Of a stretch of DNA of 64,000 nt, positions 17,999 through 26,641 are shown one piece after another. Every line of letters starts with the position of its first letter. Positions within the stretch are counted from its first letter, which is position 1. A model generated the notes under the pieces. The model searched no databases, was not told the origin of the DNA, and was given only the letters and a program-made list of their open reading frames with translations. A program made the translations under genes and the position numbers. Source of the DNA: an uncultured Acetatifactor sp. (GTDB taxonomy: Bacteria; Bacillota; Clostridia; Lachnospirales; Lachnospiraceae); assembly GCA_910578215.1 (NCBI GenBank), contig CAJTPH010000023.1, positions 2,953 to 66,952 of the forward strand. Reading direction: 5' to 3'.

Positions 17999-19792
17999 TC
18001 ATTCCTCAAAAAAATCGATGAGCTCTGCAAACAGCTGCTCCATATCTTCGTCATTTCCCAGCAAAAATATAGGCAGCCCAAAACTTACGAATTTCTGTTT
18101 CTTTTCAAGAAACTCCTCATAGCTTAGCTTGTGCTTTTTATAGTTCATCCCTCTCCAATGCTCGTCAATATCCATCGGAAAGATTACCAACGCAATAACC
18201 TTCGTATTTTCACCTGATTGCAGATAGCTGATCGTCCGTCCTACATATTCCGGCTCATCATATGCGTTTACTACCAAGACAACCGCATCCGGATTCGTTC
18301 CCTGAAAAAAGGCGTTCTGTATAAAGGTATATCTGTTTAGATTCCCTGTATCATAAACAACGGTGTTCGCCTGGGAACCGACCAATATAATCTCCTTTCC
18401 CTTATCACACAATTCCTTTAATTGGCTGTTTAAGAGCAAAACCGTCTGCCATTCATCGATATGCGCAGAACGATTATACCCTATGGGAAAGACATAATCC
18501 ATACCAAACATACCGGCTTGGGGTTCCGTGCCTATCTGACCCGTTTCATAGCCGGCTTCCATAAATTTTTTTCGCAGGATCAACTGTAAAGAGAATTTCC
18601 CCTGCTGAGATGACGTGCCAAAAACCCCTATAACCGGCTTGTTAATACGAAACAGCTTTCCAAATCTGTTCGGCGGCACATGTTCTTCTCTGACAACAGG
18701 AAAATATACCTTGTCATTGCTGCGGAAAGCTTCATAATCGCTGAGCTCATCAAAAGAAATGATGTATTTGCTCTTTTCCAGCAGTCTTTTTATCAGTTTT
18801 ATTCTGAAACCATCCTCATAAAATGCTTCTAATTCTTCAAAATGCCCAAATACAAAAGCATCAAATGCTTCCATATCGATCTCACAAATATTTTCAATGG
18901 TTATTTCTTCAACCTCGTCATTTAAAACAGCTTTTGTTGTGCTTCCTACCCTTCCGGTATATTTGCAGTCATACACCTTTGATATTTTGTAGGGCATCAT
19001 GTCGCTGAATCTTATTAAGCTGTGCATCTCCTTGTTAAATGGGAAAAGGGCAATTCGCCCTCCTGCCGGCAGCTCCTTTTTTACACATTCACCTTTTTGA
19101 GAGCCATTTAAATAACAGCATTTTTTTGCTCTTTTTTTCAGCGCAAGGAGAATCTGCTCAAAAGTACTTATGCCTTCCTTCATCAGCTGAATAATCTGCT
19201 TCGTCACATGGGCGCATGCAAAGCTATTGCCTTGCATAAATACATATTCCGGTTCTGTCCAGGCTAATCTCTGCAAATTCCCCTTTGCCCCGATATTAAT
19301 GCATTCATCTTCGTAATACACAAATTCGTTTTTCCTGCTGCATTCGCTGTCGGTGACTACACCAATAACACAGTCAAAAGCAGCCGGATACGACATGGCG
19401 CCTTCGTTATCAAATGCCGATACTATGATAACTCCCTTTTCATACAATTTCCTGCAAATCCCATAAAGCTCATCCTTAGCATCACCGGCCGTTATGCCAA
19501 GGCTCAGGTTTACGATATCCGCATGGCAATGCCCGTCTATGTACTGCAATGCATGAATAAGCTGCGTTTCAGCCATGCCGTTTTCTATACCGTCCAGCCT
19601 GATATTAGTAATATTTATATCAGGCTCTCTTATAATGTCATAAACGGCAGTTCCATGCCCATATAAATCTTCAAAATCATCCTGTACTTCCGACTCGTGA
19701 TTACCCTTTAACGAGAAGCCCGAAAGACGCTCCTCTTTAAACGCCTTATGCTTATGTCTGACTCCTGTATCTAAAATTATACAATTTATCAT
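17999..19792 (-). CDS. S8 subtilisin-like peptidase fused to a DUF1611/TIGR04066-like P-loop domain
   Basis: Triad ILDTGV, GHGTAV, GNSFACAHV; C-terminal half VIGVFGTSSQQGKF, GTEPQ, ILVGSQ, GTNPDAVVL; no signal peptide. Confidence 0.85.
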   Translation of the reverse strand: MINCIILDTGVRHKHKAFKEERLSGFSLKGNHESEVQDDFEDLYGHGTAVYDIIREPDINITNIRLDGIENGMAETQLIHALQYIDGHCHADIVNLSLGITAGDAKDELYGICRKLYEKGVIIVSAFDNEGAMSYPAAFDCVIGVVTDSECSRKNEFVYYEDECINIGAKGNLQRLAWTEPEYVFMQGNSFACAHVTKQIIQLMKEGISTFEQILLALKKRAKKCCYLNGSQKGECVKKELPAGGRIALFPFNKEMHSLIRFSDMMPYKISKVYDCKYTGRVGSTTKAVLNDEVEEITIENICEIDMEAFDAFVFGHFEELEAFYEDGFRIKLIKRLLEKSKYIISFDELSDYEAFRSNDKVYFPVVREEHVPPNRFGKLFRINKPVIGVFGTSSQQGKFSLQLILRKKFMEAGYETGQIGTEPQAGMFGMDYVFPIGYNRSAHIDEWQTVLLLNSQLKELCDKGKEIILVGSQANTVVYDTGNLNRYTFIQNAFFQGTNPDAVVLVVNAYDEPEYVGRTISYLQSGENTKVIALVIFPMDIDEHWRGMNYKKHKLSYEEFLEKKQKFVSFGLPIFLLGNDEDMEQLFAELIDFFEE

Positions 19793-19885
19793 TTCTGTTC
19801 GGTATATTTCAGCGCGCTATCGCCCCTTTTATACATTACCTCTCATTAATCTAAAACCGTCTGATTATAAAAACCATGGTGAAAA

Positions 19886-21661
19886 TTATTTCTTATAATG
19901 CTGCTGCTGCAAGACATACATATTATAAAAAACACCGTCAGGATACTTCATCAGCTCGTCAAAAGACCCATATTCCGCAACATGCCCGTCCTGCAGCACC
20001 AAAATTGCATCCGTAAATTTCGTTGATGCCAGCCGGTGTGAAATGAATATTGTCAATTTGTTTTCTGTCATTTCATGCATTGTGTGATACATGTTATATT
20101 CCGTTACCGGGTCCAGCGAGGCTGCAGGCTCATCAAAAATCGCTATTTTCGATTCTTTATACAGTACTCGTGCAAATTCCAGTCTCTGACTCTCTCCTCC
20201 GGAAAAATCAATGCCATAATCATCAAATTCCTTTGAGATTACCGTATGCACACCTTCCTTCAGATGCTCTATTTTCTCTGTAAGACCGCTTTTCTGCAGC
20301 GAATCCAAAAGCTTTTTTTCATCACATGACGATTTCAGAGCCACGTTTTCTAATACGGAAAAGGCAAACAGCTGGAAATCCTGAAAGACAACTCCCAGCA
20401 GCTTCCGATAAGCGTCCTCATTTATCAGATCGATATTTACGCCATTCAATAGAATATTACCCTTTGAAGGCTTATAGAAACGGCAGATCAGCTTTACAAT
20501 GGTGGTCTTTCCGGCCCCGTTTATTCCCACTATGGACAAGGATTGATTTGCCTTTATGGTAAAATTCACATCATCCAGAATCAGCCTGTCGCTGTCCGGA
20601 TAGCAAAAAGACACATGCTCAAAGCTGATGGTCATGTCTTTATTGTTCTCTATCTCATAAGCGGGCTTATCCGAACCGGTTTCCTTCGGAAATCTTTCCA
20701 ACAGCGTCCTATACTGCCCCAGAAATTCCCCTTGCTTCAGTAATTCAGAAAAGCTGTCCACAATGGACGAAAGACACTGGGACAAGCGAATGATGCCTGT
20801 TAAATACATGGAATAATCCCCGATGGGCATATGGTTCCATACTACCTGGTATGCCAGCACAAAATAAACGATACATTCCTGAAGAAGCGCGGACCCTTCC
20901 ACCAAGGCCTTCCTTTTCTCCCGTGCGGCATTATATCTTTTCATCTCCCCTATATAGCCGCCGATATCATCCTCCATTTTCCCGACAAACCACTGCTGCA
21001 GACCGTTGATCCGTATTTCCTTTCCATATTTCGCATTATTCATAACCGAGAGCATATAATTTACCCTGCGGTAGGCCGTATTAACGGGACCTCTCCATTT
21101 TTCCCATAAGTGCCTGATTCCGCGGTCTGCAAACATTCTTGTCAGCAGCACTATTATGAGCAAAAGCAAAAACAGCGGGTGTAAGGTAATCACAATTGCC
21201 ACCAGGCCGCACAGCGTCACAAGCTTTTGGAAAAAATCAAAAATAGTGTTAAATAATTGGGAAATATCCACATTATTCTGCACTAACTGTATAAAATCTC
21301 TTGTATTTGCTGTCTCCACCTCATAATAAGGCATTCTTGTTATCAATTGGGCAATATCCTTCCGAACCAGACGATACATATTGTCCGACTGCCGCTCATC
21401 CAAGCGGTTAAACAGCTCCTTTAACAGATTACATAAAAGCGTAATCCCGCCGAAGGCTCCGACCAGCATTAAGACATAGCTTATATCGCTGCCCTTTTGT
21501 ATTGCGGTTAAAATTTCCCGTACAAAAAACAGCGGAATAAATACCTGCACAATTGCCGTCAGCTTAAGCGGCGCCTTAATCCATACGGCTCTTTTGTCCA
21601 GTGCGTACACTCTTTTAATCATAAAAAATATATGATTGAAATATGAAAAATACTGTTTCAT
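19886..21661 (-). CDS. ABC exporter (TMD+NBD half transporter)
   Basis: GINGAGKTT, FSGGESQR, IFDEP, ISHR; start probably ATG 21661. Confidence 0.93.
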   Translation of the reverse strand: MKQYFSYFNHIFFMIKRVYALDKRAVWIKAPLKLTAIVQVFIPLFFVREILTAIQKGSDISYVLMLVGAFGGITLLCNLLKELFNRLDERQSDNMYRLVRKDIAQLITRMPYYEVETANTRDFIQLVQNNVDISQLFNTIFDFFQKLVTLCGLVAIVITLHPLFLLLLIIVLLTRMFADRGIRHLWEKWRGPVNTAYRRVNYMLSVMNNAKYGKEIRINGLQQWFVGKMEDDIGGYIGEMKRYNAAREKRKALVEGSALLQECIVYFVLAYQVVWNHMPIGDYSMYLTGIIRLSQCLSSIVDSFSELLKQGEFLGQYRTLLERFPKETGSDKPAYEIENNKDMTISFEHVSFCYPDSDRLILDDVNFTIKANQSLSIVGINGAGKTTIVKLICRFYKPSKGNILLNGVNIDLINEDAYRKLLGVVFQDFQLFAFSVLENVALKSSCDEKKLLDSLQKSGLTEKIEHLKEGVHTVISKEFDDYGIDFSGGESQRLEFARVLYKESKIAIFDEPAASLDPVTEYNMYHTMHEMTENKLTIFISHRLASTKFTDAILVLQDGHVAEYGSFDELMKYPDGVFYNMYVLQQQHYKK

Positions 21662-21676
21662 AAACACCCCCCGCAC

Positions 21677-21697
21677 ATCGCAGGCATTGCCTGCGAT
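21677..21697. repeat. Perfect inverted repeat between the two island ABC genes
   Basis: atcgcaggca-t-tgcctgcgat, immediately upstream of the RBS of the second ABC gene. Confidence 0.6.
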
Positions 21698-21777
21698 ACT
21701 GCATCAATAAGCAGTTTGAAAGTTCCCTTCAATCCTGCCGCCCAGCGGCTGCTTCTGCCTGAAATCTCAGCTTTATA

Positions 21778-23562
21778 CTAGGCATACAGTTCCGTCTGTA
21801 AATGAAACATCTCATAGTACCTGCCCTTCGCGTCCATCAGCATTTCATGCGCCCCTGTTTCTATGATTTCTCCATCTTCAAATACAATAATTCTGTCACA
21901 GAATTTTGCAGACGCCAGACGGTGTGAAATAAAAATTGCCGTTCTGTTACCTATGATATTGTTAAACTCTGCATACAGCTTCAGCTCGGCGAGCGGGTCC
22001 ATGGACGCGGTGGGCTCGTCCATAATAATTAACGGGCTATCCTTATAGCAGGCCCTTGCCAGGGCGATTTTCTGTTTTTCTCCACCGGAAAAATCCACGC
22101 CTTTCCTGGAAAATTGTTTGCCCACAGGCGTATGGATTCCATCGGGGAGATTTTCAACCTTCTCTTTTAGCCCCGACTTCTCTATAACTTCCCAAAGCTT
22201 ACCTTCGTTTTCTTCTTTATTCAGCTTGATATTCTCCTTTATATCAAAGGCGAACAAAATATAGTCCTGAAACACTGCCGCAATAAGCTCCGCATACCGC
22301 TTTCTGTTAAAGGTCTGGATATCTATACCATTAAGCAGAATTTCTCCGTCAGTAGGCACATAAATACCGCACAACAGCTTGATAAGGGTTGTTTTCCCCG
22401 CGCCGTTTTTCCCCACAATCGCTATTTTTTCCCCCGGCCCAATTTTTAAATTAACATCCTTAAGCACCGTCTTTTCCGTATTGGGATAGCGGAAGCTTAC
22501 GTCACGGAATTCAAAGGTGTACGGAGCTTCCGGAATATCCGATGTTTCTTTTATCATTTTTCTTTTGTCGTTTTGCATCATATCAATCAAGGTATGATAT
22601 TTTTCCACAAAGGACAGGGTCAGCTTAAAGTCCATAATACATGACATCAGCTGGGAAATTGCCTTTGTAAAGGAACTGATCATTGCCGTATACATTGTAA
22701 AGCTTCCTACCGTGATCTCTCCCTGCAAGGCTTTATAACTGCCGTAGCCATACAGCGCTAATAGCTCTGCCGCCCCTGCACAGCTCTCCAAACTATTTGC
22801 GAAAAAAATCCTTTTATTATAAGCGGTGTTTAGTTCATACCGCTCCTTTAAATTATTTTTATATTTTTCTTCCATCAGGCTGTCCGCCTGATTTGTCCGC
22901 ATCTCCTTCGCATACTCAAAGCCCGCCGTCACATTATCAATATAATTGAAGAAACGAGTATTTTTCTTAAACCCCTGAATGGTATCGTTTTCAATGCCAT
23001 TCTTCCTATAATTGACAAAAAGCCTGACAGCCATAGTGAGAACGATCACCGCCAGCAGGACAGGGCTTAACATTATAATCACCGCAGAATATAAGGCAAT
23101 CTGGAAACAGGCCGAAATGACACTTACGCCAAAATTGATTACCGTGTTCCCGCGCACTCTGCCCATAACCGTCTCTAATAAATTTCTTACCTCTGCAGTT
23201 TCAAACTTCTCGTAATCCATTTCCAGATACAGACTGCTGTAATGCTTGACCGTATCTATATCCGCTTGATTAATATTGGAGGTTCTATATGTACGGGTTG
23301 AAATATCAATAATTTTGCACACGATAACGCTCGCCATAAAAATAACTATTTTTGTAAGCACAATATCCCATGACAGCCCTTCAACCATTGCATCTATTAT
23401 ATATTTAGGCAGAAAAATATAAATACATGTGGTCAAAATCTGCAGCAGCTCATCCAAGCATTTGCTGGTAAGGTAATATGGGCATATCTGTTTTGATAAA
23501 GCCGCCAAAAACCGAATATCCTTCCAGACCCGTTTCATCTTCTTTTCTCTCCCTGAAAGCAA
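21778..23562 (-). CDS. ABC exporter (TMD+NBD half transporter)
   Basis: GKNGAGKTT, FSGGEKQKIALARA, IMDEP, ISHR; no N-terminal C39 domain. Confidence 0.93.
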   Translation of the reverse strand: MLSGREKKMKRVWKDIRFLAALSKQICPYYLTSKCLDELLQILTTCIYIFLPKYIIDAMVEGLSWDIVLTKIVIFMASVIVCKIIDISTRTYRTSNINQADIDTVKHYSSLYLEMDYEKFETAEVRNLLETVMGRVRGNTVINFGVSVISACFQIALYSAVIIMLSPVLLAVIVLTMAVRLFVNYRKNGIENDTIQGFKKNTRFFNYIDNVTAGFEYAKEMRTNQADSLMEEKYKNNLKERYELNTAYNKRIFFANSLESCAGAAELLALYGYGSYKALQGEITVGSFTMYTAMISSFTKAISQLMSCIMDFKLTLSFVEKYHTLIDMMQNDKRKMIKETSDIPEAPYTFEFRDVSFRYPNTEKTVLKDVNLKIGPGEKIAIVGKNGAGKTTLIKLLCGIYVPTDGEILLNGIDIQTFNRKRYAELIAAVFQDYILFAFDIKENIKLNKEENEGKLWEVIEKSGLKEKVENLPDGIHTPVGKQFSRKGVDFSGGEKQKIALARACYKDSPLIIMDEPTASMDPLAELKLYAEFNNIIGNRTAIFISHRLASAKFCDRIIVFEDGEIIETGAHEMLMDAKGRYYEMFHLQTELYA

Positions 23563-23613
23563 AGTAGATCCTGCTTTTCCCTCATTTTAATTTTATATAT
23601 ATTTTCCACACGC

Positions 23614-24339
23614 CTAACAATACAGATAAGCTATATTATGTGAGCTTATCCAATTTCTTTCGTATTTTGCAGCGGTATTCAGCGGATGTATAAGGATAGC
23701 GGTATCCTCCAGGGGATAAGACAATCCCTGTTCCCCGTGCGTCAAAAACTGAAAGGAATTCTTCTTCATATAGATATTATATTCCTCCACATATGCCGGC
23801 GTACGTCTAATATGCTTATTGCGATGAGGATATACGCAATTACCGCTTCTGATTGTGCTTCTCAGAGTCATCAAATCCACAGGATTTCCTTCCTCATCGC
23901 ATATGATGGAATTACATGCGGGATCAACCGTTATCCACTGCGCTCTTTCTTCATCATATACATGATTTAACGCATGGCATTCCGTATCCAATGGGTCCTC
24001 CGATAAGCACCACACTGCCTTGCTCTTAAAATCTAATGCAAGCAGAATATCATTTAACATAATGGCATAGCAGGCGCAATTAGGGGAATATCCCGCCTTA
24101 CATTTCTCAAAAATTTCAAAACCGTTGTGATTTTGAAAATCCTCGTAAAACGGTTTTCCCGGTGTAAATTGATTATACAGCCAGTATACAATGTGGTATA
24201 AGTTTATTTTCTTGCCCTCATGCATATACACAAGCCTGTACTTCTGACAAAATGCATCAAACTCTTTTTCGGTTATATAATGATATACACACGGATCGAT
24301 ATCACTGAAGTCCCTGATAAAATCTGCGTTCTGTGCCAT
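23614..24339 (-). CDS. Transglutaminase-like (Cys-His-Asp) protein
   Basis: PNCACYAIMLNDILLALD, DTECHALNHVY, WITVDP. Confidence 0.8.
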   Translation of the reverse strand: MAQNADFIRDFSDIDPCVYHYITEKEFDAFCQKYRLVYMHEGKKINLYHIVYWLYNQFTPGKPFYEDFQNHNGFEIFEKCKAGYSPNCACYAIMLNDILLALDFKSKAVWCLSEDPLDTECHALNHVYDEERAQWITVDPACNSIICDEEGNPVDLMTLRSTIRSGNCVYPHRNKHIRRTPAYVEEYNIYMKKNSFQFLTHGEQGLSYPLEDTAILIHPLNTAAKYERNWISSHNIAYLYC

Positions 24340-24375
24340 TACATCTCTCCCTGTTCCAGAAACATTTTATTATCA

Positions 24376-24402
24376 AGCAGAACACCTTTAGGGTGTTCTG
24401 CT
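24376..24402 (-). terminator. Stem-loop downstream of the precursor peptide gene
   Basis: agcagaacacc-tttag-ggtgttctgct, 11-bp perfect arms, weak U-tail. Confidence 0.6.
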
Positions 24403-24463
24403 CATGATTTATGACGATTTAAAAATATATCTAACCTCTAAAATTCCACCCTAGAATCTAATA

Positions 24464-24586
24464 TTACTTACCCTTGGACTGCGTTTGGCAGCCGAAGCAG
24501 TTTGTGTTGCTCCCGCCCTCTTTTGTGTCGTATAAAAACACCTTCTTTATCATTTTTTGGCCGGGCTTTACTAATTTTTTCTTCAT
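24464..24586 (-). CDS. Putative RiPP precursor peptide, 40 aa (not in ORF track)
   Basis: AAGGAGG RBS 7 nt before ATG; MKKKLVKPGQKMIKKVFLYDTKEGGSNTNCFGCQTQSKGK*; between the ACP and transglutaminase-like genes. Confidence 0.8.
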   Translation of the reverse strand: MKKKLVKPGQKMIKKVFLYDTKEGGSNTNCFGCQTQSKGK

Positions 24587-24712
24587 TTCCATTCCTCCTT
24601 CATTTCAACCACAGAGTCAGCCTTACTTGTCACAAAATCAACAGCCCAGCTGCAAGCAACGGAGTATGTGCCCCTCGCGGCGGTCAACTAAGCTGCAATA
24701 AAATTAATATAT

Positions 24713-24949
24713 TCATAAATCGTCCACTAAATCCTTAAGCCGCTCTGCCAGATTCATCGTATTCCCCAAATTTTGAATGGACAAAAACGCATCCGGCAGC
24801 TCTATATCCAATATTTCTTCAATACCTATGACTATATTAATAAAAGTAATAGAATCCGGAATATAGTCAATTAACGGCGCCTGATAGTCATCCACCAATA
24901 AGCCGTTCTCCACAAAAACCGTATTTATTTTTTCCAGAATATTATTCAT
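24713..24949 (-). CDS. Acyl carrier protein (stand-alone)
   Basis: 78 aa, acidic, PDSITFINIVIGIEEILDIELPD with the phosphopantetheine Ser retained. Confidence 0.85.
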   Translation of the reverse strand: MNNILEKINTVFVENGLLVDDYQAPLIDYIPDSITFINIVIGIEEILDIELPDAFLSIQNLGNTMNLAERLKDLVDDL

Positions 24950-24964
24950 ATACTGTCTGTCTCC

Positions 24965-26359
24965 TTATAGCTCTATTTCGTCAATATAGTGATATTTGGC
25001 GTTGCACTTATCCAATAATGACAATATTTCCCCGCATGCATATTTTGCTATGTAACAGTTCTTGGATTGTGTTTGATTTAATACCTGACCCGACACGCAA
25101 TAGGACTTTAAACATTGGCCCATTAAATAGCATTTTTCACACTCCGAATCCTCCAGGTATTGAGTGCTCCACATACCGGTTTTTCCATAATCCAGTTCCA
25201 TTTCCCCTGTAGTCAATAATTGACCCACAAGATTGTTTCCGCCTGTGTCCGCACATGTACACTTATTAATGCTCCCATCCGGATTAATGACAAAATGATT
25301 TATCCTGGAAGCATAGCATATGGAAGACTGCGTTAAATCAGAATAATGCATTAGATAATTAAGATCATATTTTGATTCTGTAAGTTTATTAAATATGTCA
25401 GCAAACCCCTGCTTTTCGTCTAATAAATGATCCCTGAATCCGTCGATGCTGTCCCCGCCCCAATCGAAAACAGGGCGGAAAAAGAAGCCGAACCGCGAGT
25501 CGTCTCCAAAACGGCTGCTCATGTCGGCAACATAATCCTCCAGGCGCACAAACAGCTCCTTTGAAACATTTGTGCGTATGTTGACAATAAAATCCTTCGT
25601 CCTGGCAATCGTCTTGATATCCTCTAAATTCCGTATAATTCTTTCATAGGAGCCTTTTCCGTCCGCTAGATATCTTTGCTTATCATGCATATCCTTCAAG
25701 CCGTCAACCGTGATAAAATATCTGCGCACCCCGCTTGACAGCAGCTTTTCAAATAATCCCTTTGACAGCAGATAACCATTGCTTGTTATGGAGCTTTTAA
25801 AGGTTTTGTAACGCATGGCGCATATCTTCTTTATCTCATTGTTCATATAAAGAATGGATTCCGAGCACAACAGCGGCTCTCCCCCAAACCAGGATATCTG
25901 CACTCCCGTGTAACGGGATATGTTCTTTTTTATAAATTTGATAATGGCATCCTGCAGCTCCCTGCCAAGTATCATTCCCTTCTCATGATCCTGATAGCAA
26001 TAAGGGCATCTGCAGTTACATCTAAAGGTCGGCACGATGGTCAATCCCAAATCTGAATCGCCTATCTCTTTTAAATATTGCGCATGCGCCGCATAACCCT
26101 CATGATAATCCTGTTTTACCAGAAACCCGTCCTTTACCAGCCTGTATTCCTTTAAAGCGCTGTTTATCTCCACTCCCTCTGTGCCTTTTAAAATTTTCTC
26201 GGCCTTTTGTTTAAATCGAAGCGGTATCTCTATAATTTTTCGCGACAGGGAATTATAGACCAGCCAGCCGCCGTCTTTTGCTTCCTGAATATAGTTGTAT
26301 CTTGAAGCGACGTACTTCTCATTTTTTTCCGTCTGCAGCTCATCGTGCGTAGAACTCAT
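24965..26359 (-). CDS. Radical SAM/SPASM peptide maturase with N-terminal RRE-like region
   Basis: CNCRCPYC, WFGGEPLL, SPASM Cys pattern ICYAS...NKC...CEKCYLMGQCLKSYC...NC; N-terminal SRYN...LVYNSLS. Confidence 0.92.
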   Translation of the reverse strand: MSSTHDELQTEKNEKYVASRYNYIQEAKDGGWLVYNSLSRKIIEIPLRFKQKAEKILKGTEGVEINSALKEYRLVKDGFLVKQDYHEGYAAHAQYLKEIGDSDLGLTIVPTFRCNCRCPYCYQDHEKGMILGRELQDAIIKFIKKNISRYTGVQISWFGGEPLLCSESILYMNNEIKKICAMRYKTFKSSITSNGYLLSKGLFEKLLSSGVRRYFITVDGLKDMHDKQRYLADGKGSYERIIRNLEDIKTIARTKDFIVNIRTNVSKELFVRLEDYVADMSSRFGDDSRFGFFFRPVFDWGGDSIDGFRDHLLDEKQGFADIFNKLTESKYDLNYLMHYSDLTQSSICYASRINHFVINPDGSINKCTCADTGGNNLVGQLLTTGEMELDYGKTGMWSTQYLEDSECEKCYLMGQCLKSYCVSGQVLNQTQSKNCYIAKYACGEILSLLDKCNAKYHYIDEIEL

Positions 26360-26444
26360 TTTCCCTGCCGTATGGTGTCAGTAGAAACAAAAACACCATA
26401 TCCCCTTCTCTTTATATTACATTACATAGATATCTTTAAGCCAC

Positions 26445-26473
26445 ACTATATCACATTATTTTAATACTGTCAA
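26445..26473 (-). promoter_or_regulatory. Sigma-A promoter of the RiPP-like operon
   Basis: Minus strand TTGACA-17 bp-TATAGT with TG extension. Confidence 0.7.
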
Positions 26474-26607
26474 CACTATTTAGTAATATAATATTGAGTT
26501 TTTAACCCCAAGATCTCGACAACAGCATTTTAAATATCAATATATTATATGAATATTTTATAAGAATATATTTTGAACAATTGATTTGTTATATAGATGG
26601 AACCGAT

Positions 26608-26641
26608 ATTTCCGGCTATCTCAGATTTCCGGCTATTTCAG
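26608..26641. repeat. 17-bp tandem duplication at the island's right edge
   Basis: atttccggctatctcag / atttccggctatttcag. Confidence 0.7.

Noticed and set aside
24474..24738. Plus-strand ORFs of 75 and 78 aa as precursor candidates
   Set aside because: Antisense to the operon with no RBS; the minus-strand 40-aa ORF has a perfect RBS
24965..26359. Anaerobic sulfatase maturase or SCIFF maturase assignment
   Set aside because: No sulfatase or six-Cys SCIFF peptide nearby; the RRE-like N-terminus and adjacent peptide point to a different RiPP maturase
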